Shown piece after piece: positions 1 through 15,344 of a stretch of 64,000 bases of DNA. A model generated the notes under the pieces. That model was given only the letters and a program-made list of their open reading frames with translations, made no database searches and was not told the origin of the DNA. The stretch spans positions 72,416,001-72,480,000 of the forward strand of contig OX597830.1 in assembly GCA_951406725.2 (NCBI GenBank). The letters are read 5' to 3'. Both the position numbers and the translations under genes were made by a program. Origin of the DNA: Octopus vulgaris (lineage: Eukaryota). The stretch's first letter is position 1, and every line of letters starts with the position of its first letter.

Positions 1-104
<104 letters not shown>

Positions 105-129
105 AAAAAAAAAAAAAAGCACATATATG

Positions 130-285
130 GTAGGCGTGGCTGTGTGGTAAGAAGATTGATGCCCAACCACATGGTTCGGAGTTCAGTCCCACTGCATAGC
201 TCCTTGGCTGAGTATCTTTGACCATAACCACGCGCTGACCAAACGTTTTTGCGTGGATTTCGTAGACTGAAACTGAAAGAAACAC
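130..285 (+). mobile_element. tRNA-derived SINE family A, 5' part (diverged)
   Basis: ggcgtggctgtgtggtaag...ggttcggagttcagtcccactgc...gaaactgaaagaa matches the cleaner copies at 22585 and 38989. Confidence 0.75.
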
Positions 286-800
286 GTGGGTTAAAAAGTG
301 AGGAGGCATCACATGTTCTTCATTGGAAACAAGACCCAAAACTACGACACTTGCAGCAAATTTGTGTGGATTACTCTTGGAACCTGAGAAGGGTCTGCAC
401 ATATCCACTTGTCATTTATTCTGTTAGTTTTTTGGTGCTGATCAAAGTTTTTCCTCATCTGAGAAAAACCAAATCACATCATCTTCTGATGGATTTTAAA
501 GTTTGTTCAAAAGTCTTTCTGGAGCTGATTAAACGGTTTCCTTTTGACCTTTTTTTTTTTTTTTTTCTGACATGAATTGACCTCTCCTCATCACGTAAGA
601 TTTGTATCTGATGTCTAGTTCCAATTGACCTCATTGATTTTCCGGGATTGTGTTCCATGTTTTGTTTAACTGCCTGAATAAATTCAAGTGTCCTGATAGA
701 ATCAGAGCGTTTGGAATGCTTTTTTTTTTTCATGTTTTGATATAGGTAATGCGCTTCCATCTTCTTTCTCTAAGTCACATGGAATCTTGTGGACAAAAGA
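286..800 (-). pseudogene. Decayed Tc1/mariner-superfamily transposase fragment
   Basis: Minus strand across frameshifts: KRSDSIRTLEFIQAVKQNMEHNPGKSMRSI (HTH-like), DDVIWFFSDE, NRINDKWICADPSQVPRVIHT, VVVLGLVSNEEHVMPPHF. Confidence 0.75.
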
Positions 801-1016
801 TCTCGCAACTTTCAGAAAACGAGAATTTTCTAAATCATCATGTTTTGCCTTCAAAGCCACAATCATGCCTTTTAGTTGAATTAGTAAGCATAAGGCCTGT
901 CATTGTTATTTTCTGAAATAGAAGTTCAAAAAAAAAAAAAAAAGAAAGAATAGTAAGAAAAAAAATGACTAAAAATGCATGAGTCCTCAAATACCGTCTG
1001 CATCTTCTGTGTGTGT

Positions 1017-1075
<59 letters not shown>

Positions 1076-1190
1076 CATACATATGCACACAGATATAGAC
1101 ACACATACACACACACACACAAGAACAAACACGTTTAAACACAAAAATTAGAACACGAGAAAAACGATGGGTATGACATGAACTTCATTA

Positions 1191-1268
1191 TCTTACAGTC
1201 GTTTCTGCTATAAGAGGCAGAGGGCGTATAGTTCAGTGCCTGAATAATATCCTATAGCGTCACCAGAG
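1191..1268 (-). ncRNA. Degenerate type I hammerhead ribozyme motif
   Basis: Reverse complement: CUGGUGA, stem II GCUAUAGGA/UCUUAUAGC, GAAAC GACU GUA; A6 mutated and stem I weak. Confidence 0.5.
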
Positions 1269-1434
1269 CCCAGTACAAGTTCTCCACAAGGTTATTAGTT
1301 TTGCAATGCCAAGCTATATATATTTATATATATATACATATATATATATATATAGTATTCAGCTCACTGCGGACACCATGTAGGCAGTCATCAAAAAGTT
1401 TTTGTTCGTCTTGAGGCTGATAGAGGTTCCTTGT

Positions 1435-1517
1435 CTTTCCTGATGAGAAGACGGCATAATGCACCCTTTATTACTTCGGAATTAAGAGTATGCAGTCTTC
1501 GAAACTTGTGTTGAGAG
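1435..1517 (+). ncRNA. Type I hammerhead ribozyme motif in a (TA)n-flanked module (~1355-1700)
   Basis: Stem I CUUUC/GAGAG, core CUGAUGA (1440-1446), stem II GAAGAC-G-GCAUA/UAUGC-A-GUCUUC, GAAA (1501-1504), C-UUGU-G, GUU triplet. Confidence 0.7.
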
Positions 1518-1723
1518 TAAAGGAATTTTGTTAAAATCTTCGTTCGACTCCATTCTTTCATTTATTCATATATAAAATCCACATAAATTTCCACACAAGA
1601 ACACGGGTTTTGCCCTCATGGCATTAGCTTCAACTTTTTCTTACGTGAATTTGCAACCCAATCGATGATGATTTAGGAAAATTCACCTACGTTTTCTGAT
1701 ATATATATATAGATCTATATATA

Positions 1724-1781
<58 letters not shown>

Positions 1782-1978
1782 TGTATGTATGTATGTTTCT
1801 ATGTATGTATGTATATATGTATGTATATATGTATGTATTATCCACACAAATCTTTCTGAAGGGAGTATACTACAGGAACTCCATACATAGAGTACTGTTT
1901 TAAAGTCATTTTAGCCAACAACGTCACTCCATTTTATACACTGAGTATAACAAATTCACACTATCTATCCATCGATCA

Positions 1979-2042
<64 letters not shown>

Positions 2043-2085
2043 CTGTCTCTGTCTGCCTCTTTTCATTTGTCTCTGTGTCTCTCTT

Positions 2086-2135
<50 letters not shown>

Positions 2136-2202
2136 CATACATATATAAATATATATACATATATATATATATATACATAAGTATAAATGCATACACACGC
2201 AC

Positions 2203-2243
<41 letters not shown>

Positions 2244-2745
2244 CATACATACCGTTGTTTCCTCTATACAAATTGTCTTTATAATTCTCTATACAACTAT
2301 CATTTTCCTTCCTGTATATTTTTTTTCTCCCAGAGGTTGGCTGTCCTTAAGAAATCTTTTCATCACAGTTTATGATTTTTATCTGCAACATCTCAAGTCC
2401 CACTCCACTTCATCCCCTTTTATTTGTTATTTTATATCCAGCTGACACGACCGCCTTTTAAGCACACCTCATATTTTCTTGGTGATATAGTTGATGTTTT
2501 TCCACATGTTATATGTCTGTGGGTTTATATATGTGTGTTGTGTGTGTTTGTGTGTATGTGTGTGTATATGTGTAGAGGGTGTATGCATATCTGTGTATGT
2601 TTGTGAGACTCTGTATCTTATATGTATGCGTGTATGCATATATCTATAAATGTACTCTATGGACATGTAATTATGTTTATTATGTATGCACAGATATCTA
2701 TCATAGTTGTATATATGTACATGTACATTATACATATATGTATGG

Positions 2746-2786
<41 letters not shown>

Positions 2787-2818
2787 TATGTGTGTATATA
2801 TATACATATGTATGTATG

Positions 2819-2859
<41 letters not shown>

Positions 2860-3295
2860 GTATATGTGTGTATATACATATAAATAAATACGCGCACCCA
2901 CGCACACACACGTGTGTGTGTGTTGTGTTGTGTATGTGTGTTGTGTGTGTGTAACTGTCAGACTTTAAGTTGAATGTACCGCAAAGCAATGTCTATTAAA
3001 GTACTCCATAAACAATGATAGTTTAAAGATTGTAATTATTTTACAGACTAACTGGAAAGGAGCTATTCAATGCGTGTAAGCTACTGTTGTGCATATTATA
3101 CCAGGACACGATCCGATTTCTGCAAACAGGGTGCAATGTAAAAATACGTTGAATTAATACGTCTATCACTGCGTTTGCATCAATGCATACACTATATATA
3201 TATATATATATATATACGTATATGCAAACATGTAATCCAAATAAGAAGGCAAAGAGAGACTTTAATACATCTTTAAAGACCAGTTATAATTGTTT

Positions 3296-3432
3296 TTGTC
3301 CTGTTCGGTATCTCTACCAACTTGGTTACTGTGGCAGGGCAGCAAGAAAGAAGCCACTCCTTCAACCAGCCAACATCAAGTGGAGAAAAGGATCGAGCCA
3401 GTGAGATGGTGGAGAGGTAACTAGCATTCTGG
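3296..3432 (+). mobile_element. Tc1 transposase fragment, inverted duplicate of ~4593-4730
   Basis: YLYQLGYCGRAARKKPLLQPANIKWRK; near-identical to the reverse complement of 4593-4730. Confidence 0.75.
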
Positions 3433-3608
3433 GAGCTTTCAAAAATTGTTCACGCAGAAGCCCCAAATGAAAATTTATGTACTATTTACAGTTTTAAGCA
3501 TTAGAATGGTACTGCTTAAAACAGGCTAGGTTTTGTATTTAGCTTATATTATCGGGAGGAAACATAAAGCAACTGAAGATTAAAATGCAAATATATTGCG
3601 AGAAGATT

Positions 3609-3664
<56 letters not shown>

Positions 3665-3671
3665 AGTGTGT

Positions 3672-3735
<64 letters not shown>

Positions 3736-4069
3736 TGTGTGTGTATATGTATATATATGTATATAAACATTCCACATCTTGATATTTTCGGAACCAAATT
3801 TTAAGCCTTAAGTTTTTCCGCGATATAGTCAGTTCATCTGTCAAAAAAAAAAAAATAAAATAACGCGCCTGAAACAGATTTAGTGAACCTTTAATCATTT
3901 GTGTTCTCTCACTGTCCTCTCTCTGCATCTCTCATCTCTCTCTCTCTCTCTCTCTCTCTCCACACACACACAAACACACAGATATGACAGCATCAAATAG
4001 ATACACTTAAAATGGTTAAAATGTATTTAAATCTGAAAGTATACGTTCATGCAGTAATCTCAAAAGATC

Positions 4070-4790
4070 TGGCTTCGAAGAAGATGCTTTCTTGTTCTTT
4101 TTATGACGTGTCCTAACCTTTGTGTCCCAGAGGTCTTCAATAGTGTTCACCTCTCGTGATTGGCTTGGCTATGGAAGCTTTATAATGCCATTTTCATCCA
4201 ACCAATCTTGGATTATTTTAGCAGAGAGACAAGCAGCCTCATCATAGTCTTCTTTATTTATTTCACCACTGGAGAAGATTGGAAGGAGCCCTTTCTGCAA
4301 TATGGACACATATCTAACTGAGTTTATGTTTCCCTCATAGTCCATCAGCTCCGATCAACCATTGATACAAATAGCTCCCCAGACCATCACAGACTAGCCG
4401 ACGTGTTTTATTGTAGGCTGCAATATAATTTCAGCGGTGGTGCCCCAGCATGGCCGCGGCCTTTGGGCTAAAACATTTTGAAGGATTTTAAGGAATCTCT
4501 TCACATATAATTCTTGATCACAGTCTCCAGACCCTCAGTCGACCACTGTCAGAAAATACAGCAAATATGGACTCATCAGAGAATATGACAGTGTCCCAGA
4601 ATGCTAGTTACCTCTCCACCATCTCACTGGCTCGATCCTTTTCTCCACTTGATGTTGGCTGGTTGAAGAAGTGGCTTCCTTCTTGCTGCCCTGCCACAGT
4701 AACCAAGTTGGTGGAGATACCGAACAGGACAGTAAAGACAGTACAAAATATACTGTCCGTTACTGTCCTGTTTTTGTTACCATTTTTACC
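4070..4790 (-). pseudogene. Tc1 (DD34E-type) transposase pseudogene, interrupted by a short retroposon tail at ~4430-4495
   Basis: Minus strand: GRAARRKPLL, FWDTVIFSDES, GRLRVWR, LQPTIKHVG*SVMVWGAI, EGNINSVRYVSILQKGLLP, IQDWLDENGIIKLP*PSQSREVNTIEDLW. Confidence 0.85.
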
Positions 4791-4849
4791 CCTCCGCAAA
4801 AAAATCTCAAATTTTATTTAATTTGATTTTCGCGGGAAGGAAAGTTTTA

Positions 4850-5170
4850 TTGAAGTCATGTATCGCCTTGACTTTCGAAACGTGGAGTAGATGAAACTAA
4901 GGCGATTGAAGAAGGGGAATTTTCCTTGTTTTGTATGTCCTGTACTCTATTTTTTCGTTGTTTAAGAAAAATGTCCATTTCTTTGATTTTGTGTTTATGT
5001 TTTCGTTTCTCATTGTGTTCGACGTTTTGTTTTTGGTGTCCTGTACCCATATATGCATGTATATATACATGTAGAGGTAGGTACGTACATATATGTATGT
5101 ATATATGCATGTTTCATTTATTAATTTATTATATGACGGAACGCACGCATCCATTTCTAAGTAAGATTGT
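4850..5170. repeat. Interspersed repeat module related to 58150-58460
   Basis: Shares ggtgtcctgtRccca-atatgcatgtata...ttattatatga...acgcatccattt-aagtaag with 58324-58452; followed by (TA)n and (GATA)n. Confidence 0.6.
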
Positions 5171-5206
5171 TCTTCTATATATATATGTATATATATATAT
5201 ATATAT

Positions 5207-5368
<162 letters not shown>

Positions 5369-5593
5369 GCACTCATTCGCAAGGAGTGCATCTATTTATA
5401 AACATTCATTTATATTTGCATTTCTGCATTTCTCTCTACGTATATGACAGTGTTTTGTATTCCAGCTGTGCTTTTTTATAACTATCGTAGATATATGTAT
5501 TTACATTGAGTACAGGTATTTATGTTTACACGTACTCTTTATGCACGTTTACACACTCGTACACTTACATGCACGTATAATTGTATATACATA

Positions 5594-5636
<43 letters not shown>

Positions 5637-6058
5637 GCCTACATTCACACATACATACATGCATGTTGGTGTATTTACTGTTCCGTAACTTAGTGGATCG
5701 GCAAAATAGATCGATATATTACAAAGAATATGTTCAGGGTCGATTTGTTCGACTAAAGCTGGTGCTCCAGCTTGGGTGTAGTCAAATGGCTGAAACGAAT
5801 GAAGGTATAACAGAATATATACATATGTGTATATAATATATATATATATGTATGTATATGCGAATAAATTATATAATATAGTTACATATGTTTATGCATG
5901 TATATATATATATGTCTACATGTAGATTTTATAAACACACCCACATATACTATACATACACATATATATAAAGTGTATGTATATAAAAGTATTCTAAAAA
6001 CGCATATGAATGTGTGCATGTGTATACGTGTATGTCTGCATATTTGTATGTATTTGCG

Positions 6059-6096
<38 letters not shown>

Positions 6097-6190
6097 TATA
6101 TATATACATATATATAGATAGATAGATAGATAGATAGAGAGAGAGATAGATATACACATACATATATTTATATATATATATCTAGATACG

Positions 6191-6240
<50 letters not shown>

Positions 6241-6389
6241 CATATATATGTTTTTAAATGCATGACTGTCACTTGGATCTGAATAAATGCTTCATTTGTA
6301 AAAATGCGTCACTCGCATTTTAACTAGAGGCAAAACTTACGCACACACCCATGCGGTGTTCTGAAGTTGAGTGTGATTTCGTATGCATG

Positions 6390-6423
<34 letters not shown>

Positions 6424-6782
6424 CACACATACACATATATATTACGTATATTTATATATGTATATATATAAACATATATGTATATATATATATGTGTATA
6501 TATATATATTTATATTTATATTTCTATTTATATTTCAGTGTCTGTCTGTCTTTTTTCACAACCACATTGCATGACAATCGGTGTAGTTATATTTGCGTCC
6601 CCGAAACTTAGAGTTTCCCCAAACGATACCATATGTACAATGATCGATTTCTTCCACACAAACTAATTCAAGGTGTAAACTGGTAAAAGAATACCGTATC
6701 AATCTATCTGTCTACCTACCTATCTATCTATCTACCTATCTATTTATATATATAGACATACACACACATACACACACACACA

Positions 6783-6828
<46 letters not shown>

Positions 6829-7464
6829 AGAACACACACATATATATCTTTAATCTTTATATATATATGTATATGTAAATATATTTATACATAAGTCTTT
6901 AATTTGTACGTATATGTATTTATATGTAAATTTATATATATATACAAGTACATACACACATATATTAATATATATATCATTATTTATATCCATAAACACA
7001 TCTTTGTCTACTCGCATACATGCATATCATGAAGGCGCGTGGCTCAGTGTCCAAGATATTCGGCTGACGATCGTAATGTCGCGAGTTCAATTCCCTATAG
7101 TACGTTATGTTCTTGAGCAAGACACTATTTCCTTTTGCACCAGTCCACTAAGCCAAAATGTGTTTTTAAATGTATTTTAAATGGCCAGCCTTGTCACATT
7201 TTGTATCATACTGAATCTCCCTGAAAACTACATCATGGAGAAGAGTGTCTGTGGATTGTCACTCTCAGTCTGTTCTGTTGATCACCTCGATCACTTGTAA
7301 CCGTTATAGTGCCACCTATTTATTATACATATATATATACACACAAATGTATACATATATTTTTATAACGCACACTCACACAGACAGACACACACACGCA
7401 CACGCACACACACAGACACAGTCACATATATATTAATTTACACATACACACACACGCATACACA

Positions 7465-9030
<1,566 letters not shown>

Positions 9031-9309
9031 TGCACTTGCCTGCGCGTGTGTGTGTGCGCGCATCGGCATGGGTATGTGTTTGTTTTGTACGGAAAGTTGT
9101 AGTTGTGAATCTAGGTGAAATAATCATAAGTTTTGCACTCGGAAGCGCGCGCTCTCTCACGCGCACATGCATACACACACGCACACAGACCTACTCACGC
9201 ACTTGCACATACATACAAACATACGCACAATTACACACTGACATACAACACACATACACACACTATTATTAATAACAGGGAATAAAATACGTATAGATAT
9301 GTGTATATT

Positions 9310-9886
9310 ATTCTTTTCTACAACAAGCACAGGTCCTGAAATTTTGGGGGAGGGGCTAGTCGATTAGATCGATACCAGTACGCAACTGGTGCTTAATTTA
9401 TCGATCCCGAAAGGATAAAAGGTAAAGTCGACCTCGGCGGAATTTGAACTAAGAACGCAGCGGCGGATGAAATACCTATTTCTTTACCACCCATAAGGGG
9501 CTAAACACAGACAGGACAAACAAGGAGAAACAAACGGATTAAGTCGATTATATCGACCCCAGTGTGTAACTGGTACTTATTTAATCGACCCCGAAAGGAT
9601 GAAAGGCAAAGTCGACCTCGGCGGAATTTGAACTCAGAACGTAACGGCAGACGAAATACGGCTACGCATTTCGCCCGGCGTGCTAACGTTTCTGCCAACC
9701 CGCCGCTTTATAAACGAAATATTCTTTTCTACTCAAGGTGCAAGGCCCGAAATTTTGGGGGAGGGGTCCAGTCGATTAGATCGACCCCAGTACGCAACTG
9801 GTACTTAATTAATCGACCTCGAAAGAATGAAAGACGAAGTCGACCTCGGTGGAATTTGAACAAAAAACGTAAAGGCAGACGAAATA
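9310..9886 (-). mobile_element. Cluster of three tandem CORE-like SINE family C copies
   Basis: Three repeats of gaaag-atRaaag-Y-aagtcgacctcgg-ggaatttgaac with tRNA-like heads on the minus strand. Confidence 0.85.
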
Positions 9887-10719
9887 TGTATATATTATTA
9901 CATGGCCATTGTGTAAGAACTGGATTTGGTGGGAAACAGTTGCGATATCAACACAGTACTATATCAATTAATGCACGATAAGGTAATTTTTCACGACATG
10001 AATTAATATATAAAGCACGATAATTTATGACCAGTAAATAAGGAGTACCGGTATACAGCGCAGAGAAACATAGGAGATTATTGGGGTTGGCCTCGGGTGA
10101 TATCGCTATCATTTAGTAGCGTGGTGAATATGACGGCATTGTGCTTGTGCGTATGTGTTTGTGCGTACGTATATATATGTGTGTATGTGTGTATGTGTGT
10201 GTGTGTTTGTATGTGTGTGTGTGCGTGATGAGAGAGAAAGAGATGTGTGTATGTGTGTGCACATATATGCTTGTATAAATATCGCACGTACATAAACAAA
10301 CATATGTGCGTATATATAGATAAAGTCGAGAGAGAGAGAGAGAGAGAGACAGAGACAGAGAGGAAGAGAGGAATAGAGAGAAAGAGACAAAGAGAGAGAG
10401 AGCGAGTGCAAGAGAGAATTGTGATTTTTATACGTTCAAAACTGTAGTACAGATTAATTGTACAGGTGTATACGCATTTATACATGTGTACAAATATCTG
10501 TTGTATATATATACATGCACACGAATAGATTTATATATGAATGCATATATGAAAGTTGAGATTATATATATATATATATATATAGGCATGTATGTATGTA
10601 TGTATGTATGTAGGTATGTATGCACATATATATACTTTTCTCTCAAAGTATCATGATCAATCATATAATGCTATGTATTCAAGTATGTGTGTAGATGAAT
10701 AGTTGCACTCACATACGTC

Positions 10720-10767
<48 letters not shown>

Positions 10768-11193
10768 CCTCTGTGTATATGTCCTCGCAGACATTAAGAT
10801 AGGTGTCCGTGTGTGCAAGTGTGTGTGTTGTGTATGCATGTATGTATATACACCCCTCCCATATGCATAATTGTCCATACATCTATAAGCGCAGGAATGG
10901 CCGAGTGGTAAGCATTCTCTTCCGAACCACTTGCTTAACCGTTTTTTATCATAGCCCCATGCCGATCAATGTCTTGTGAAAGGATTTGTTAAATAATTCC
11001 ACACGTATCTCCGCTCAGAAACACACAGACACACACTAATATATATATATATATATATATATACATACCGCCTCTATCTATCTCCAGATCCAGGGTATAT
11101 ACGTGTTGCATCTGTTTTTATGTATATATATATATATATATATATGAGTGTGTGTGTATATATAACACATACATATATAATATATATAATATA

Positions 11194-11234
<41 letters not shown>

Positions 11235-11294
11235 GCACATTCAAACACGCACACACACAGGTACACATTCACTCACACACGCACACACACACAA

Positions 11295-11326
<32 letters not shown>

Positions 11327-11330
11327 TTAA

Positions 11331-11558
11331 AAGGCGGCGAGCTGGCAGAAACGTTAGCACGCCGGGTGAAATGCGTAGCCGTATTTCGTCTGCCGTTACG
11401 TTCTGAGTTCAAATTCCGTCGAGGTCGACTTTGCCTTTCATCCTTTCGAGGTCGATAAATTAAGTACCAGTTACGCACTGGGATCGATGTAATCGACTTA
11501 ATCCGTTTGTCTGTCCTTGTTTGTCCCCTCTGTGTATAGCCCCTTGTGGGTAGTAAAG

Positions 11559-11563
<5 letters not shown>
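11331..11563 (+). mobile_element. SINE family C, near full length (tRNA head plus CORE-like domain, OR2-like)
   Basis: ggcggcgagctggcagaa (A box), gagttcaaattcc (B box), gcctttcatcctttcgaggtcgataaattaagtaccag (CORE-like). Confidence 0.85.
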
Positions 11564-11598
<35 letters not shown>

Positions 11599-11919
11599 TT
11601 ATACATACGTGCGTGTTTATATCATTGAGTATTGCTTTATTACCGAAATGATAAATTGACTGAGATAGGTGTATGGAATAATGGTTTAATATACTCCACG
11701 TGTTGCTGTAGGTGGATTTTCAATATGTAATATACCGGAGCCATTTATGCGCGCAATTAATTTATTGCATGTATATACGAAATGTTATTATCATAATGAT
11801 TTGGTTCTAATATATTCGAATTTTCATGCATATATACTATACCTTATTGACTCACCAGGATGTTACTAAGTATTATGCGATATATGGGAGTACCTTGATG
11901 AGTAGGTTTTGGACATGTG

Positions 11920-12009
<90 letters not shown>

Positions 12010-12504
12010 TGAATAAGTAACAAAGATGTTATTTAGTTATAATTCAGTTCACCTAAATTGGAATCTGTACCTCGGAAATACTATAGAAAGTATTTTCATA
12101 AAAAGGTACTTTATAAAAGGTACTATAAAAAGTACCTTTATAAACAGTACACGTCTGAATTACCAAGAGCCAGTATTTTCACCTAGCGGGGTTGCGTTAT
12201 CTGCGCACACGACGGGAGTATTAGGTACAAACTCCCCTACACGTAGTCTTGATATTCAATATTCAAATAATTTTACTGGGCTGTGCGGACTACACCAACG
12301 GGCAAGGTGTCTCAATTTAGGTAAATCATATGAACTGAATCTTAATTACATTATGTGTGTGTGGGTGTATGTATGTATGCGTGCCTGCGGGTGTGTATGC
12401 GTGTATACAAAGAGAGAGAGAGAGAGAGAGAGCATGAGTGGGAGATTGAGAAAGAGAGAGACAGACAGAGACGCAAGCACACACACATATATATGTTATA
12501 TATG

Positions 12505-12835
12505 ATACATGGCTCACTGGTTAGAGTGTCGGATTCACAATCAAAAGGTAGTGAGTTCGAATCCCGGACGGGACTGTGCGTTGTGATCTTGAGCAAAACA
12601 CCTTCTTTCGCGTTGCTACAGTTTACTGAACTGTAAGAACGAGTTGCGACGTCACTCGTGCCAAGCTGCTTCGGTCCCTTTGCGTTCGTTTCCTTTGGAT
12701 AACATTGGTGACTAGGAGAGGGGACTCTGGTAGGCATGGGCGACTGCTGGTATTCTATAAACAATATTGTTCAAATTTGTGCCTTGAAGGGGAAATTCCT
12801 AAGTGCAATCCCATAGACATGACCGAAAGTTGTCT
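12505..12835 (+). mobile_element. tRNA-derived SINE, family B-like (diverged)
   Basis: tggctcactggttagagtgtcggattcacaatc...gagttcgaatcccggacggg...ttgagcaaaacacc. Confidence 0.7.
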
Positions 12836-12965
12836 TTACCCTATACACACGCACACTCACTCACACACGCACTCACACACTCGCACACAGACACACATAC
12901 AAACACGGGAATAAATGTATATTACAGGCACACGTGTTTATACATTTATGCACACAACAAAAACA

Positions 12966-13022
<57 letters not shown>

Positions 13023-13057
13023 CAAAGTTGAGTAGTGGGGTATCGCACGAGTGGAAT

Positions 13058-13922
13058 TATATACGAAAGAAGGTTTGAAAATGCAATTTAAAAGATGTTT
13101 ATTTACTTAACCGGTTTCACTCTTTGGAAAAAGATTGTCAAAAGTAACATAGAATATTATGAATTCAAAAAAGTTTTTTACATAATTGCCACATAACATG
13201 TATATATACAGTCTTTGGTAATAGGGACATGTTAAGGACGTAAAGAAGTACAACAGTGTGATGAGAATATTTGAAAAAATGGGCAGAAAAGAATAAAACA
13301 AATATATTATTGGAAGTTTGGTTGCGTTAATTATTGGCTGTTGAAAATTGCCACATTACATGTATATAAACAGTCTTTGGTAACAAGGACATGCTAATGG
13401 CATAAGAAAGTACAACAGTATGATGAGAATATTTGAAAAAATTTCTGCTAAAACGGACAGGTCAGTAAACAAACTCGCCTTGAATTCATAATATTCTGTA
13501 CTGACCCTGAGATGTATAATATATTCATTTTAATCTTTTCTGCCCATTTTTTCAAATATTCTCATCATACTGTTGTACTTTCTTATGTCATTAGCATGTC
13601 CTTGTTACCAAAGACTGTTTATATAAATGTAATGTGGCAATTTGCAACAACCAATAATTAACGCAACCAAACTTCCAATAATATATTTGTTTTATTCTTT
13701 TCTGCCCATTTTTTCAAATATTCTCATCACACTGTTGTACTTCTTTATGTCCTTAACATGTCCCTATTACCAAAGACTGTATATATACATGTTATGTGGC
13801 AATTATGTAAAAAACTTTTTTGAATTCATAATATTCTATGTTACTTTTGACAATCTTTTTCCAAAGAGTGAAACCGGTTAAGTAAATAAACATCTTTTAA
13901 ATTGCATTTTCAAACCTTCTTT

Positions 13923-13930
<8 letters not shown>
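13058..13930. repeat. Long inverted repeat: ~385-bp arms (13058-13442 and 13546-13930) with a ~100-bp spacer; Penelope-pLTR-like
   Basis: Arms are reverse complements with only a few mismatches (same peptide in ORFs 13107..13301- and 13642..13881+); each arm has an internal ~95-bp duplication; (TA)n nearby on both sides. Confidence 0.92.
13841..13885 (+). ncRNA. Minimal hammerhead-like motif with a U3-A8 core; mirror copy at 13103-13147 on the minus strand
   Basis: Stem I UUACUU/AAGUAA, core UUGACAA, stem II UCUUU-UUCC-AAAGA plus 2 extra nt, GAAA-CCGG-UU. Confidence 0.5.
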
Positions 13931-13994
<64 letters not shown>

Positions 13995-14145
13995 GTCAAT
14001 AATAAAAGGGTAAAACTAATGAATTATTAATTAATTTTACCAAGTAGTGTTCAGTATGTAAAAAGACCATTTACGGTATATTTGAAAAATTACATTGTAA
14101 AAATAGGGCTCAGTAAAATTATTTTACTGAACCCTATTTTTATAA

Positions 14146-14237
<92 letters not shown>

Positions 14238-14319
14238 GTTTATAAAAGGTAATGGTGTCAGTGAGACCCAAAGGTGTCAGGTAATAAGTGCTATGGATTC
14301 TTAACCATCTTTTCACACC

Positions 14320-14367
14320 GTCTCCGATGAAGGGATATAATATATATCCTAGAAACAGCTGTAAGAC
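14320..14367 (+). ncRNA. Minimal type I hammerhead motif, U4C variant with palindromic stem III
   Basis: Stem I GUCU/AGAC, core CCGAUGA, stem II GGGAUAUA/UAUAUCCU, GAAA-CAGCUG-UA. Confidence 0.65.
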
Positions 14368-14427
14368 CTATTTATAAACGTTCTAAAATCTACACAACCT
14401 TGATTTTTTATCTCCGTATGGAAAAAA

Positions 14428-14458
<31 letters not shown>

Positions 14459-15019
14459 TAGTAGCAGTGAATGACCAAGCATGGTTCATTTGAGAGCATT
14501 TGATCTTTAATTTAGATTTAAGCATAATAAGGAATATTTATTTTGAATGCGCAAAGTGTCTTACAGCTGTTTATAAAATAGTTGAGCCTGTGGATCAAAT
14601 GTTACTGAGGAAATATTTCCATTGAACCTAACTACGCTGTTATCGGATAGTGAAATATAGAGAATAACCTTAATTAATGATATTAATAGCCATCGTCTCG
14701 TCGAGGAACTAAGGAGTCTATAAAGTAAAAGATAACAGAGGGTGGTGAGTCCATGGTTGAAGTACTGACAAAATCTTTATTCAAAAGTACTTTAATTTTG
14801 CAGTTACATTCTTATTGTATTAAGGAAATCTATGGCAAACTGTGACCGAAGTTACAAGTACCATCTTTTAAGAATAAGTCAGATAACTTTGTGTCATGTT
14901 TAAATTGTAAATATTAAGTCATAAATTACATGCGCAGAAGTGATTCTTGTTTTGGCTGTCTGTTTTCTGTTTGTATATACACACACACACACACACACAT
15001 ATATATATGTGTGTGTGTG

Positions 15020-15075
<56 letters not shown>

Positions 15076-15207
15076 TGTATGTGTGTTTGTTGGCCTGCTC
15101 GCTTAGCCAGCGGGGTGGCGTCATCTGAAGGCTAAAACAATGCGAAGCGCATTGTGACCAGCGATGTGTAGCAACATCTGATAGCCTGGTCGGTCACGGG
15201 GATCACG

Positions 15208-15242
<35 letters not shown>

Positions 15243-15309
15243 ATATATATATGTATGCATGTATGTATGTATGTATGTATGTATGTATGTATGTATGTAT
15301 GTATGTATG

Positions 15310-15344
<35 letters not shown>

